This document shows positions 1-12,732 of a DNA stretch of 64,000 nt, piece by piece. The stretch is from contig JAQGDQ010000341.1 in assembly GCA_030141605.1 (NCBI GenBank), positions 62,001-126,000 of the forward strand, read 5' to 3'. The translations under genes were made by a program, and so were the position numbers. Position 1 is the first letter of the stretch, and each line of letters begins with the position of its first letter. The notes under the pieces were generated by a model. That model made no database searches and was not told where the DNA came from. It saw nothing but the letters and a program-made list of their open reading frames with translations. The stretch comes from Tubiluchus corallicola. Taxonomy: Eukaryota > Animalia > Priapulida.

Positions 1-725
1 CAACGTGTACTAACGTTTTTAATTATTATTATTACATAAACAAGCACAACGGACGGTATCAGTACACTTAACGACTCAATTCGCGACCTGTCTCTAGTGT
101 CCTACTTGGGCAGCCCGTAGACCGCGGTCTACTTGGCGCAGTGGTCCACTCGGCTCCCAACATAATTATAGTGCTTGAATGCTCTTCTTGCAGAAATTTT
201 TCATGTTCTGAATGTTAATACGCTAGAATAAAACTCGGTAATATCTTTTCAAGAGGCGTTTTCAGGTTTCCGTTTGTATTTACCCATCATCATTATCATG
301 TTGTAGTTTTCTGCGCCAGACGGGAATTTGCGGCGATTCAGCTCTGTAAATTGTCATAAAAGTATGTATTTTTGGCTAGTATTCAGGCATTTTTAAAATT
401 AGCTTTAGATACTAGTTCACGATTAATCAAGCCCTAGTGAATGAGCTTGTGTACTCCGGTAGCAGACAAATCTTGTCAGATATAATAAACTGTTTGATGG
501 TAACCGGCAAGTGAAAGGATGAACATGTGTGCCGTCATTGCAATGTGCATATATGCTATATTTGTTCCTCTTTCCCCTCTGGGCCTCTCACTGGTTATTA
601 GTGATGGGGCTTTAAGTAGGGATTAAGTCGTTTTTGGTATTTCACTTGTTTTTCTTTATCTTTCAGACTTGAATTAGACAGCCAGGCTTTTCTGTTAAAA
701 TTGTACGGTATTTTTATGCACAAAG

Positions 726-1637
726 ATGGCTTCGGGCAAGCTGTTAAAGTTTATTGATATTGGTGTGAATCTGACAGACCCAGTTTTCAGGGGCATTTAT
801 CATGGCAAATCAAAACATATTGACGACTTTTCTGCTGTTTTAAAGCGAGCATTTGATGTGGGCATGCAAAAAATGCTTGTTACTGGAGGTAGTCTAAAGG
901 ATAGCGAAGAAGCACTGCAATTGGCAAGTGATAACGAGTGTCTTTACTGCACTGTGGGGTGTCATCCAACGCGTTGTCAAAATTTTGAAGAATTTGGGGC
1001 AGATGCATACATGAACGACTTACAGACTTTGGCACTAAAAAATCCCGAGAAGGTGGTAGCAGTTGGAGAATGCGGTTTAGATTATGACAGACTGCATTTT
1101 TGTCCCAAAGAAATTCAATTGAAATATTTTGAGAAACAAATAGACATTGCGGAATCAACGAGACTTCCTATGTTTCTTCACAACCGCAACTCAACTAAAG
1201 ATTTGGTTGAGATTCTTCGGCGGAATCGGGACCGTTACATTGGTGGTGTTGTGCATTCATTCACAGGATCCAAGCAAGATGTTGGTGACATTCTTGATTT
1301 GGACTTGTACATTGGAATTAATGGCTGTTCTTTAAAGACACACGAAAACATTGAAGCAATGTGTACCATACCTTCTAATAGACTCATGATAGAAACAGAT
1401 GCCCCCTGGTGTGAAATTAAACCTACTCATGCCGGATACAGCTGCATTAAAACAAAGTTTCCGTCAAGGAAAAAGGAAAAATGGGAAGACGGTTGTTGTG
1501 TGAAAGGACGCAATGAACCTGCACATATTGTTCAGGTCTTAGAGATAGTGGCTGCATCAAGAGAAGAAGATATAGAAGAACTCTGTAGTGCAATTTATCA
1601 CAACTCTGTAAAGCTTTTCTTCAATCATGAAAGTTAA
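726..1637 (+). CDS. TATDN1: TatD-family deoxyribonuclease, TATDN1 type (303 aa, no intron in the CDS)
   Basis: N-terminal [10 protein letters not shown] (TATDN1 type, no HxH), [62 protein letters not shown] motifs; pyrimidine tract + TTTCAG acceptor at 661-666 upstream of the ATG. Confidence 0.96.
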   Translation: MASGKLLKFIDIGVNLTDPVFRGIYHGKSKHIDDFSAVLKRAFDVGMQKMLVTGGSLKDSEEALQLASDNECLYCTVGCHPTRCQNFEEFGADAYMNDLQTLALKNPEKVVAVGECGLDYDRLHFCPKEIQLKYFEKQIDIAESTRLPMFLHNRNSTKDLVEILRRNRDRYIGGVVHSFTGSKQDVGDILDLDLYIGINGCSLKTHENIEAMCTIPSNRLMIETDAPWCEIKPTHAGYSCIKTKFPSRKKEKWEDGCCVKGRNEPAHIVQVLEIVAASREEDIEELCSAIYHNSVKLFFNHES

Positions 1638-2862
1638 CAAACATCATTGATTAGTGAAATTCATACAAACATCGTGGTAACTCTAATTGTGGTTGTACAT
1701 AAAGTTACAAAAATATTTAGGTATAATTGTGAATTTGAATGGTTTACGGTCATTTTTGTGACTCATTGCGGACAATGTATCATTGACGAACTTGCCTTTC
1801 ATTTTGAAAAAGTTTGTGATGAGAAATTTCTTTAGGTAGGCCTAGATATGTTTGCTTAAATTGTTAAATACAGAATTTTTGAAGTAAAACAAACTCCGGT
1901 GCAAGAAAAATGTGTGGATGCATTGAAAACAAAAGTTAAAACAAAAGTCTAAAGTGAATTTTAAAATGTTACAGTTTATGTATTAAAATGTCTGGTAAAA
2001 CAACATGTTTTCGTAAAATTTAATATTTCATTTCCAAACACGATCATCTAAAACACATTTGATTCAAGTAACTGGATTATGTGCGCTGTACAGATTTGCT
2101 AGAGTTATCATGTTATAAAGCTAACAAAAGTACAAGACATTTTTGTATCCAGATCTATTTAAAATGTCACCTGCTAGGCAATGAAATTTGGATCTGATTT
2201 GTAATTAATCTGCTTTTGCTACGATGTGCGTAGCGACATGATACATGTATTTTGAGAGTCATTAAGATGTTTAATGACCTATTGTGTTTTTTACATTTAA
2301 AAAGAGCAAATCTGGATAATTTCAATTAAAAACAAATATTTTTGTAGAAGAGCAATAAAACTAGTTTTTACCCATAAAAGTGATTGTCACAAGTGTTAAC
2401 ATTATAGTCGCTAAAATTAATCATTCTATGCAACTTCTTTCTAAAATATTCTGCCATCTGTCATAAGAAAATTACATAAAATGCCCTAAAAACTCCTAAA
2501 AGCTTTCAAAACAATCTTGAAAGAGCTGAATATCTTCAGAGTAAAATTGTAATAATTATTCAGTTTGAGAAAGAATTAGTTTCACAGCCTTTTGCCTCTC
2601 AAAAATTCTTCAGTATTTTGAAAGACAATAAAGCAAGATACCCGTGCACATTAAAATGCTACTACTCCAGCACAGGTTCTTCGATGGTGTACCTCTCTTG
2701 TACATTTGCAAACTTTGGCACAATATCTTTTTGGTGTCTATAATAAAGTCTTTGGCTTTCATCTTGATTAATATATAAGATTCCACACAAGTTTGTTTAG
2801 GAAAAGTCGCATCATAATTATGAGTCTAGTGACCTAGTTATTGGGTTTCGTAACAGTTTTGG

Positions 2863-3669
2863 CTATGTCTTGTCATTGCGCTTCTTATTGAACAATGTGT
2901 TATACGATGGTGGAAATTCCTGATCTGGAAGCTTGTAATCTTCTAAGAGTTCTCTACAGCACTCACTGTCATTTTCTTCTGTCGTTTCAGTTTCTTTTTC
3001 ATCTACATCATCATTGATACTGTACTGTGCACTAGTGCACGACATCCCTTCGTAACACTGAGTTGTTGTGGCAGTGTACACTGCCTCCGTTGCCCTTGTA
3101 GTCCTTTCAGTCTCATGTTGCATACACCTTGTTGGGTCATTGGGCATTTTGCTAACATACTCGCTTACACTGTGACACCAACTGTTTGTTGACTCACAGT
3201 AAAATAGATCTGAATAACTTGGTGGTTGTTCGATCATTTGTTCTGGTCTCTGATCAACTCTGTGATCCTCTCCAAGGCTGTATGTGTCTAACTGATGCCT
3301 GTCATAAGGTATGTGTAGATCGATGACAACAATATCATTTTCATTGTTTTGTGTTGCATGAACATGCCCCTCATGTTGGTTTATCATTTGCTGAACCAGA
3401 CGATATCGTTTTAGTAACATGATACCAACAATCATCGCACACAGGCCCACGATTAATACGATTGGACCACTTGAAAAGGAAAGGTACCGATGCATGGCCC
3501 ACGTCATGCCGAATCCGGTCAATATGCTAAGTAGGCCCATACCGATAAGGAGGTATGCAAACTGCTTTCGGTAAGCATTGTGGTGCTGGCTGTAGGTGGA
3601 GTGTACGTTGGTGTTGTTTCTCTCATTCATTGATGTCAGTGCCATTATCTCCATGATAATTGCTGCCAT
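2863..3669 (-). CDS. Orphan two-TM hairpin membrane protein with two PPSY (PY) motifs in an acidic tail (268 aa)
   Basis: Long open ORF; two hydrophobic helices (FAYLLIGMGLLSILTGFGMTW, GPIVLIVGLCAMIVGIMLL) followed by basic KRYR; EQPPSYSDL and EFPPSYNTL; TTTTTCAG acceptor 8 nt upstream of the ATG. Confidence 0.85.
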   Translation of the reverse strand: MAAIIMEIMALTSMNERNNTNVHSTYSQHHNAYRKQFAYLLIGMGLLSILTGFGMTWAMHRYLSFSSGPIVLIVGLCAMIVGIMLLKRYRLVQQMINQHEGHVHATQNNENDIVVIDLHIPYDRHQLDTYSLGEDHRVDQRPEQMIEQPPSYSDLFYCESTNSWCHSVSEYVSKMPNDPTRCMQHETERTTRATEAVYTATTTQCYEGMSCTSAQYSINDDVDEKETETTEENDSECCRELLEDYKLPDQEFPPSYNTLFNKKRNDKT

Positions 3670-5045
3670 ATCTTGTTCTGAAAAACGTAATTGTATTATC
3701 TTATTGGAATGTGTCTTGACATTGGATTGGGATTAGAGAATGCAATACACATGACATAGATACAGACCATACAGTGGTTTCTTGCAAACGTCTAAATTAT
3801 CAGTCAACAAATAGCCCGTTAACTCACTAGATGACGCAGCATGTTTGCTTCTCCCTGCATATACAGTATTGGGGGATAATATTTTGTGTAACTTTTCAAC
3901 TTAGGTTCAAATTGATATTGAATTGTATTTTATTATCATTATTATTATGCCATGAATTTATGTGACACTTGGAGGAAACTTGGTACAGTTCAACAAAGAT
4001 GATCTTGATTGCACATTACTCTTGACACTTTGCATGCCATTTTTATGTTTTGCAGCTTTTTTCAGATATACTGTGACCTGATTCTTTGCGATACTGTGAA
4101 GTTCAACTTATCTTTTTAGTGCACAATTTGGTGATGACCTCAAGGTGGTCATGGATTCATAGTCTTTCACTATCTTGATGTTCATTTTTGTCTCAGAGAA
4201 ACTGAGTTATTGTAGCTTAATCAGGAAATGGTGCAAGAGCATAAAGATGGAACATAGAGAATGACAAAGTTAAGATTCTTTAATGGGGAGAAATATGAGT
4301 CATCAGTCTATTACTAAAAACAAAAATCTATTAGTGACTGTCGACTCACGCATATTAGAAATATAATGGAAATCAAGTTAAATATTAAATTGAAATTTGA
4401 TTTCAAAGGCAATAAGTGGGAAGATTTACTTTGTCCTGAGTGCAAAAACAAAAATATGTACTGCAGAACATGCATGACATTCTGAGGAGTTTGAAGGAAT
4501 AATAAATAAGTATACTGTTGACATGGGAACAATTAAGACCACTGGAATAGGTACTCTTTTACAATTAGTAAGAGCATTTAGTTATCATGGAACCGAGAGA
4601 AAACAGATAGTATTTAGATGAAGCGGGAGAGCGGTACACGTACTTGTATGCAGAAATGGGAGTGACCATATAAACGACGTTTGATGAGAAAAACCCCTTA
4701 ACATGAGATTCATAATTACGTATGCAGTCAAAATTACAGTAACGACTTAATTGAGGATTGCCGGTCAAGTTTGGCAACAAACCCTTGTGTCGCAACTGTA
4801 AAGCCAATGATATACGGCCGCCTTATACGTGGCCGCACGGCAAACACGACAGTCGCCGTTCGGCGGATGTCGAAAGTTCTGATACACGGCCGTCTGTATA
4901 AAAGACAGCGCGGCAGTAATGAGGACCGTAGAATCAAACATTTCGCCGGCATTTAGTTTTAGTACTTATGGATAGTGTTTTAATATTGAAAATTAGATTA
5001 TTTAGGAGATTGTCTTGTTTTTAAGCCCAATTTTTGCGTCACTAT

Positions 5046-5900
5046 TAGGGTTCCCACCACTCCTGATTTAGCCCGGAATTCCCTGAAATTCAGTCATACA
5101 TCCGTAATTCGGTTTGATTTTTGAAAAATTATGAAATCTGATTTCGACCATCACGTTAATATTCAAGTGGAAAAAACGGAAATACATCTTGTATGCTATT
5201 GAACCGTTGCATAAGGCTAAGCTAAAAACTGCAATATTTCTGTTAAATAAAATAGTAAACTTAAGAGATTGGTCTCTAGAGGAAAGGCGGCCGGCTAGTT
5301 CTGTTGTTGTTGGTTGAAATAAAGCCTGTTAAAGTAGCTCGTCGAGTAAACTTCCGAAAGAGTTAGTATTTTCGGAAAACCGCTTATTGTAATAATAATA
5401 ATAATCTTTTAATTACTGCAGGGTTGATTTGAATTTACTAATTAGAAGAGAGCAACATTTTTTATTTTACCAAAGTATGGATTATTGTTAGTACTTGGTT
5501 TGCAAAGTGCCAAATTGCGTTAAAACAGCGTAATTATAATTATGTAGGAAAATAAAGCAATTTCAAACAACATAGGCTTACCTGAAGACGAAGTTGTTCT
5601 CCAGTTTGATCACAAATATCTTGAGTTAACTCATTCGTTTATATTAGTTGATTAAGTAATCAATCAACGTGCTTTTCCAGTATATAGAACACTCCTGTAT
5701 CACAAAAAAGCTTCGCGTTTTTAAGCAAGCTAGCCAGCGCTTTCTTCACAATTAAAATTGCATAAAATGCCATTCGCAATGCGCTACTTGCCCACACAAA
5801 TTTTAACTCACTTCTGATGAATCTGTGAGAGAGTTGACACCTTCGCACGGTTAAGTGTTCCATATGCATTTGAAACTTTTGTTTCTCGTTTCATTTGAGT
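5046..5900. mobile_element. Possible decayed hAT DNA transposon
   Basis: TAGGGTTCCCACCA hAT-like terminus at ~5046; minus-strand ORF 5660-5869 loosely resembles a hAT dimerisation-domain C-terminus (…IRSEL…FY…LLKNAKL). Confidence 0.3.
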
Positions 5901-7390
5901 GAGCCTAGATTGTAAGAAGTGCACTGATCATGCATCAATAGGCAAACCAGTTTGAGAGTCTTATTTGGTTCTGTATGCAAGGCACTTTAATCTGACACAT
6001 CTCTGCAGGTAACTAGAGCAGGGCTGATATTACAATGCCTGCCTTTCTACTGCTCGTACTGCATACTACATACTATTGTGAAAAGGTTAAACTTAAGCCA
6101 TTAATAATTTATCTATAGTGTGATGGGCCATTTTTGTGCTGTATTCGGTTCATTTTCCATGAGTTTTATACACACTGGTATAAACTTGAGCAATTACCAT
6201 GCTTTTGGTTTTCTAAAAGAAAATTAATAGCTCGGATCTCTCTCTCTCCTTCCCTTTGTGTGCACACGATTGGTTTGCAAAGTGTATGGGCGTTTGCGCG
6301 CGCGAGGGGGGTACAGTAGCTAGAGCTTGTGGTGTCCGGGGCGGCACTTGAGTTTGCTGCACACCTCCGTCAATGAAAAATACGACGTAGAAACACCCTT
6401 GTGTATGATGATTTAGATTAGATAAATTTTAGATAAAATGTAGCAGTGTTACGTTGCAGTAGCGATAAGATGTGGAAATAAATTGTTAAAATTATAAAGT
6501 ACATGCTGAAAAAAGTACTTCTGAAGAAGAAAATTCCTCTTACATGTTTCAAAAGTTACGATGCTCAGGGCTTCTTCGTGTGCTAACACGGGAACAGCGT
6601 GATTATTAGGCCTGTGGATAAGGTGCATGGCGACCTATAAAGTGTTGGTAAATTTGTTATTAGGCCTTTGTCTAATTATAACAACAGGGTAGAGCGATTA
6701 ACTGATGCTAATTAAGGAATTTGTTAGATGGCTATTCACAGCATTAGTTGGAGTAATGTCAATGACGTGAAATTACACGAATTTAAATAAAGTCAAAACT
6801 TAAGAGCTGTGTACTAGATACAGTTCACAATTGCAATTTTTCAGTGTTGCATTTTTGCTTCTGAAACAAACTGGCGCTGTTATAGCCTTTACTAACTGCT
6901 CGATTTCCTCAAAAATTAGTCATAAATTTTTGGAAAGCCAAAATGAGTTTTATTGAATAATTCTTCCTCTAAACAAATTTATCTGTGATCTAACGCCAGC
7001 ACAATAAATAATGACAAATTGCTATTGTATATAAACTGTTGACAACGTTTGCTGTATGCAGGCTTCAAACCCAAAATGGTTCCGCCTGATTTTATTGATC
7101 TAACAGGTATAAAACAGACCTACATATGCACCCAAATAAAGTCAGTCTTGTCATACAAACACTGTTTGTTAATTAACTACGTGTGGCGAGGCAAAAATTC
7201 TCAATTGACGTCTTGTTCCTAGAAAGTTTTGCCCGTGGAGAAAATCTAAAGCATAGCTAGGTCTGTAATGATTTGGCCTCAGCACATTCCTCCAGTTCAC
7301 AATAACAGACTACACTATAAACGCAAACTTAGAGCACAAAATTTGGGTGACAATTTTGTCTCATTGTACCAATTATAAAATCCATGGCTG

Positions 7391-7711
7391 TCAAGTGCAT
7401 GAGTCAACAGTGTCCTCTGATTCAGTTGTATCACATCTGGCTGTCCACACTATTCCTACAAGAGCTAAAGGAAATCCCACTAATATGCACAATCCGGAGG
7501 TGATCGCATACGGCCACAATACATATGACCTCATTCCCAAAGAAATGGGAAGGTTTAGTAGTCCAGCGAACACCAGGAAAGCGCCGGCGATGTACATGCA
7601 GTATCCCGTTTTTGATTTGTTCATTATTCGCTTGTTTTTCTTGATAAGTTCGCAGACCTTCTGACGGTATTTCTGCTTGGTGTTAATGTAGGAATCCAGT
7701 CTTGAAGTCAT
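7391..7711 (-). CDS. Small orphan two-TM hairpin membrane protein (106 aa)
   Basis: ATG-initiated ORF; basic N-terminus, two hydrophobic helices (GYCMYIAGAFLVFAGLLNLPISL; YAITSGLCILVGFPLALVGIVW), short acidic tail; candidate acceptor (ttgttctgtaataacag) ~20 nt upstream. Confidence 0.7.
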   Translation of the reverse strand: MTSRLDSYINTKQKYRQKVCELIKKNKRIMNKSKTGYCMYIAGAFLVFAGLLNLPISLGMRSYVLWPYAITSGLCILVGFPLALVGIVWTARCDTTESEDTVDSCT

Positions 7712-9454
7712 CTGCTGAAGATCGCCTGACGACTGTTATTACAGAACAACATCAAAAATGTTTGAGAGTTATAGTTCTGCAGAACTTTGGAACATGTTCA
7801 TATGTATTGTACTGCTATAATAGCCTCCTGGCAGCCTGTTTTTCAAAGAAGCAAATTTTAGATTCTACCTGGTTAGGCCTACTGGGTGGTTCAGTCGCGT
7901 ATTTTCCATCTACGATTGTTGTAACTAAAGACAAAGTGTTCTCAGGAACAATTGAGCTCTACATCTGCTGATCTTCTAAAACAATAACAATGAATTCGAT
8001 TAATTCTTTTTGGCAGCATTATTTGCGCATTTGAAATCCACAAAGCGTGTTGTATTTAGCAACAAAACATAGAGTCATACATGACACGTTCTAGTCACTC
8101 ATTTTGAAGTTAACTTGCAGAACAACTAGCAGTGTACACTTGTATACTTATAATAAATACTGAAACATTTTTACTAGTTTGCTAATAATATAGTGAAGAA
8201 TGATGTAATGATTCAGCACTCATCTTTCCCTCTATAGTGTTAAGGCCTACACTTGTACATGCGTATAATAATCCGGTAAATTCCAAAAAAGGCAACAGTT
8301 TTGTCAGGGATGTAACATCGATTTCAGATATGGTAGTTTTCAGCACAGTGTATACAAGCTGGTAGCAATTTATGATACAGCAATTTCTACTGCATGCATT
8401 ACACCGGCTTCACTTTACCACTATAACGCGATTGTTTCAAAAATAACCCACACCATCAAATTTCAGTCAGCACGAATCATTTTGAATTATATACATGTTA
8501 ATATTTTACTGTATTCAGACTTCATAAAACATTTATGTTCCAACAGATGTCGGCGAACGAGTTAGTCGTGTATACAATATGTTTCTGTCTGAAACTAAGC
8601 AACCTCACAGCGCTGGATGTACCTGGTGTTCGATGGCTTTTGTAAAAGTAATAAACGCAACGGAAGAAACGAGGCGCTAAGAAAACGTAATTTATAAGTA
8701 AATAGATAAGAAAACAATGGTAATCAATGTAGAAACGGCAAATAACTACTGGCAATAAAGACAATGTAAAGAAGGATAGTGAAAAGGGGCAAAGATAAGA
8801 AAGAAATGGTAAAAAACAATAGTAATCAGACAAAAAATATTAGCCTCAATAAATACCTTAATAATATGGAGATTAAAAAAGGGACGAAACATTTCAGACA
8901 ATTGTCAGATAAGGGATATAGTAGGCCTATTAGTACATATCATACCCTAATTCCAAGGGTAGCCAAAAAAGGAAAAATTCATTTATTACAGAAGTGATGA
9001 TTAACAGTAAAGCCATCGATGGAACTTTAAAAGAATCAGTTTTCAAAACAAAAAATGTCAGTTTTTAGTAAACGGCGAGCGAACATTTGGAAATTAAAAC
9101 ATCGCCATGCCTTCAAATGTGATGAATGCTATTTAGAATGAAAAAAATAGAAAAAAAATTAAGTGTCACATCTTTGTGTTGTTTTGTTTTTGTCTTTTTT
9201 ATCAATACCTTACTTGCCTTTTGATATGTTTTAAAGTTTAATATCAAAACGTTGCACAAGCTTTTCTCTGCATTTTTTTATGTCAATAAAGAATTTATTT
9301 GACGTGAATCCTGTTTAGAACACAGTTTGTTTTATAACTGTTATGCCGTATTAATTTCTATCACACATATGCTGCGAAACGTACACCTGGTGCAAAGGAG
9401 AGAGCCCCAGTCTGGTCCTCCGTTAGTTGAAAACAGATCGAAACGTCCATTCGG

Positions 9455-10438
9455 TTACTCAAACCCAAGTGCAAGTCCTGGCATGTCTTTGATTTTCTCA
9501 CTGTAGATTTTGTCGAACATTTCGCTTTCAGCAACAGTGAAATAGTTTTTCCAGTCACCAATTTTGCCTTTTCTGATGAAGTGCGACACATTCAAATCAA
9601 CTTTAATTTCGTATGGATCTACAGAAGATTTCCCATCAGCTGGTCCAGACCAGTCGTCAACTATTGAGTCTATTTTATTGTCAATGTATTTTCTCATTGC
9701 CTCAAAGCCCGTGGCTTCTGCTACTGTAACTGCTTCCTCGTTGGTTAAATCAACATCCAGGAATTTTGCTATGCGACACACAAACTTCTTTCTGTCCCTC
9801 ACAACATCTTCATATTTGATAAACAGGATATTTTTGTCTTCTCTACGTTTCCACCATTTAGAAAGATGATCAAACCAATTTCCATATCCAACATCATTGC
9901 TTAGAAAGCACGGAAGAAACTGATTAAAGCTCCAGTCTTTCCCAATTTGTCCCATCCATCGCCAAGCACGATGAAAATGGTAATAGGAAACGGCCACGTC
10001 TTTTGGATTCCTCATCACGTAAATTATTTTGCAGTTTTGTTGAAATGCCATTGGTGGTAAATACTGAGGCCAGGCGTGGCTTAAAAATAACCTTCTTTCA
10101 TTCTTTGTTGGAAAGTTGAGTTTCTCGATCTTTTGTTGGGGAGTCAAACCAAGCAGCGTATCAAGAAACTGTGCATCAGCTATGAGCTTGTTGTATTTGA
10201 CATCATCACCATGACTCATAATCCTTCCTACTATATTCATGGTCCATAAAGTTCCTGATTTAGGATACGAACAAACGAACACGTCACTTGGCTGGACCTT
10301 CCACTCCCCTCTTTGCACAGCAGGATACAGCTCATCATAAACACCGATTTCCCTTATGATTCCATCGCCTCCTCTTGTCCACCTGTGTTCCATTGACTGG
10401 TAAAGCTTTGGCAACTCCATTGTCTCATTCACAGACAT
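9455..10438 (-). CDS. Cytosolic (SULT1-like) PAPS-dependent sulfotransferase (327 aa, no intron in the CDS)
   Basis: 5'-PSB loop YPKSGT, catalytic His in LFLSH, 3'-PB RNPKDVAVSYYHF, YGNWFDH, KYED, RKGKIGDWKNYFT, dimerisation motif KxxxTVxxxE. Confidence 0.96.
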   Translation of the reverse strand: MSVNETMELPKLYQSMEHRWTRGGDGIIREIGVYDELYPAVQRGEWKVQPSDVFVCSYPKSGTLWTMNIVGRIMSHGDDVKYNKLIADAQFLDTLLGLTPQQKIEKLNFPTKNERRLFLSHAWPQYLPPMAFQQNCKIIYVMRNPKDVAVSYYHFHRAWRWMGQIGKDWSFNQFLPCFLSNDVGYGNWFDHLSKWWKRREDKNILFIKYEDVVRDRKKFVCRIAKFLDVDLTNEEAVTVAEATGFEAMRKYIDNKIDSIVDDWSGPADGKSSVDPYEIKVDLNVSHFIRKGKIGDWKNYFTVAESEMFDKIYSEKIKDMPGLALGFE

Positions 10439-12646
10439 GGACTGATCTTACTGACAATTCGACTGTATGTAAGTTCGTTTAGTTTCGTGCAGTTGTCCCG
10501 TTATCATTTCTCACTCAGACAATATACTGTTCGCTATCTTGATCACAGCTTGGTAATCAGTAGTCAATTTGACTTCTAGGCTGTATTAGGACAGCTGCAA
10601 TCAATGTTTGTTTGTTTGTTTACCAGGCAAGACAAACAAGGCAAGTTTTTTTGCTCAGAAGTTTGGTCCTCTTCTTCACAAATACATGATCGGGGCCGGA
10701 CTTTGATTTTGTAGGCCCCTGGGATACAGCTACTTTGATACCCCGGCCCCATTGATAATCAGCAAAAGCATGAATGTCGGATTCTTCAAATCAGTTATTC
10801 AACTTTTACAACATGATTCTTACTTCAGCAGAGCGGGCGCATAAGAGAGAGGAACAGAGCTTTTGCAGCTAAAAGCAAATGAAAAAAATGAGGATAAAGA
10901 GAAAATGGGCGAAATTCGTTTATTAAAAACACAGACGTTCTAAAAAAAAAGAGGACAAGCGCGGCGTATTTAACAGACAACATATAATTTTGTATAATAA
11001 TATTCTTTGTTGAGCATCCGTACGTTGTGATACTCACATCACTTAGCTATAGATAAGTAATTTACAAATTGCATTTAAGAATAGCTCATTTGCTTAATTT
11101 CTATAACGGAAGTATTCTTAAATTTAAATTAGGTGTCAAAAACTTTAAAAAGATGAATAAACTTCTGTCTTTGTCACAGTTCCGATTTATTGTTAGTGAT
11201 GATAAAAATGCATTGGCGATTGCTCATTGCCAATAGCAAAACAGTTTCCGGCATTTATATTACAATAAACAACTGCAACAAACCCTATGTAACTAGACTT
11301 ATTTTAATTACAAAAGTTAGTTTATAGACCTTTACGTAGCATTTGAGCTCATCTACCAGAAGTAAGAATAAGACCAGCAAGAGAAGAATTGTTTATAATC
11401 CGAAAAAAAGTTACTGAAAAATTCAGTTGTCTGATCACGGTCACAGATTTTTCATATGCACCATTCTGATGTAGCAAACCAATCTACGTCACTTCAACGT
11501 GGCAGTAATTATAAAATTTAACCACTTCACAATTGTTTCAAGTTATTTCACTGTAAAATTTCTTCAGCACCGATTTCAATTTATGTACCTTTTTCAATTC
11601 AGTAATAAACGCACATTCACTTTATATGATTTGTAATGCACACACTCACACAGCCAGCAACATAAAATATCACCTGTGTTTGAACAGAGCGAAGAAGCCA
11701 AGTGTAAACAATTAGGTCAGGTGTGCAATCATCATACAGGTGCACTAAAGATTACCTGTTCAGCAGTGCCTAACAGAGTGTAAGCATGCGCGTCTGATGC
11801 GCTGCAACTGCTTTTGAGTCTGTAGGTGATGGGAAACTTAATTGTTATAAAAAATTTCATCAAGTTCTCTGAGCTACGTGGGGAAGGCGAATATTGTTAA
11901 TCGTTCTTGGGTGGATTTTGTATTGGAGTTTATAGATCAAACTAAATTCTATTTTATTTTCGCATAAAGTCATGTAAAACATACAAACAAACTATTTACA
12001 CATATATAAACATGGAAAAATAATAAGACTACACTAAAAATTATGGAGATCAAGCCACTGTATGTGATAAGAAGTCAAAGCGCGGTGCAAATGAATTTAA
12101 AGTTTTAAACAATACTGCGCCGCTGTTGCAATAAGAAACAAACAAAAAATGTTTTAGCTAAGATAGCTACGGATGAATGCGAACTAGTGTCTGTTTGATT
12201 CCACGACCGAATGTGAAATTCTATTGTAGTCTTTGGGATAAAAAGTATATATTTGTATTATAGTGTGATGGGCGTTTTTATAATGTAACTTAAAACTCCA
12301 CTTGTCAACAAAAATAGTAACACTATAACTATAACGGCATTATTATTTAACATTATTGTCAAAAATCTATGACAGACGTCATAGGACGCCAGTTTTGCTA
12401 CATTTGTCGTTGAAGAATGGTGACGTTTGTACTTACTTTTGCGCAGAATATTTATATAACAGTGACAATCCTTAAAACTCTATTACAAAATTTAATATTG
12501 TATACCTAATCTCACAATTACATTACATCGTTAATGATTAGTGACAAGCTGTTGCAGCATGTATTTTTGCAAAAGTGATGACTAGTAATAGTGTGATAGC
12601 GACAAAGTTTATTTCTGTATTTTTTTAACAAAAAATCACTATTATC

Positions 12647-12732
12647 ATATACACACACACACATATATATATACTACATATATATATACTATATATACTA
12701 CGTATACTACATATATTATATATATATATATA
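12647..12732. repeat. (CA)/(TA) microsatellite
   Basis: acacacac followed by interrupted tatatata. Confidence 0.85.

Noticed and set aside
10600-10650. Forkhead-like (TGTTTGTTTAC) and p53 half-site-like words upstream of the sulfotransferase
   Set aside because: Short motifs within a simple repeat, expected by chance
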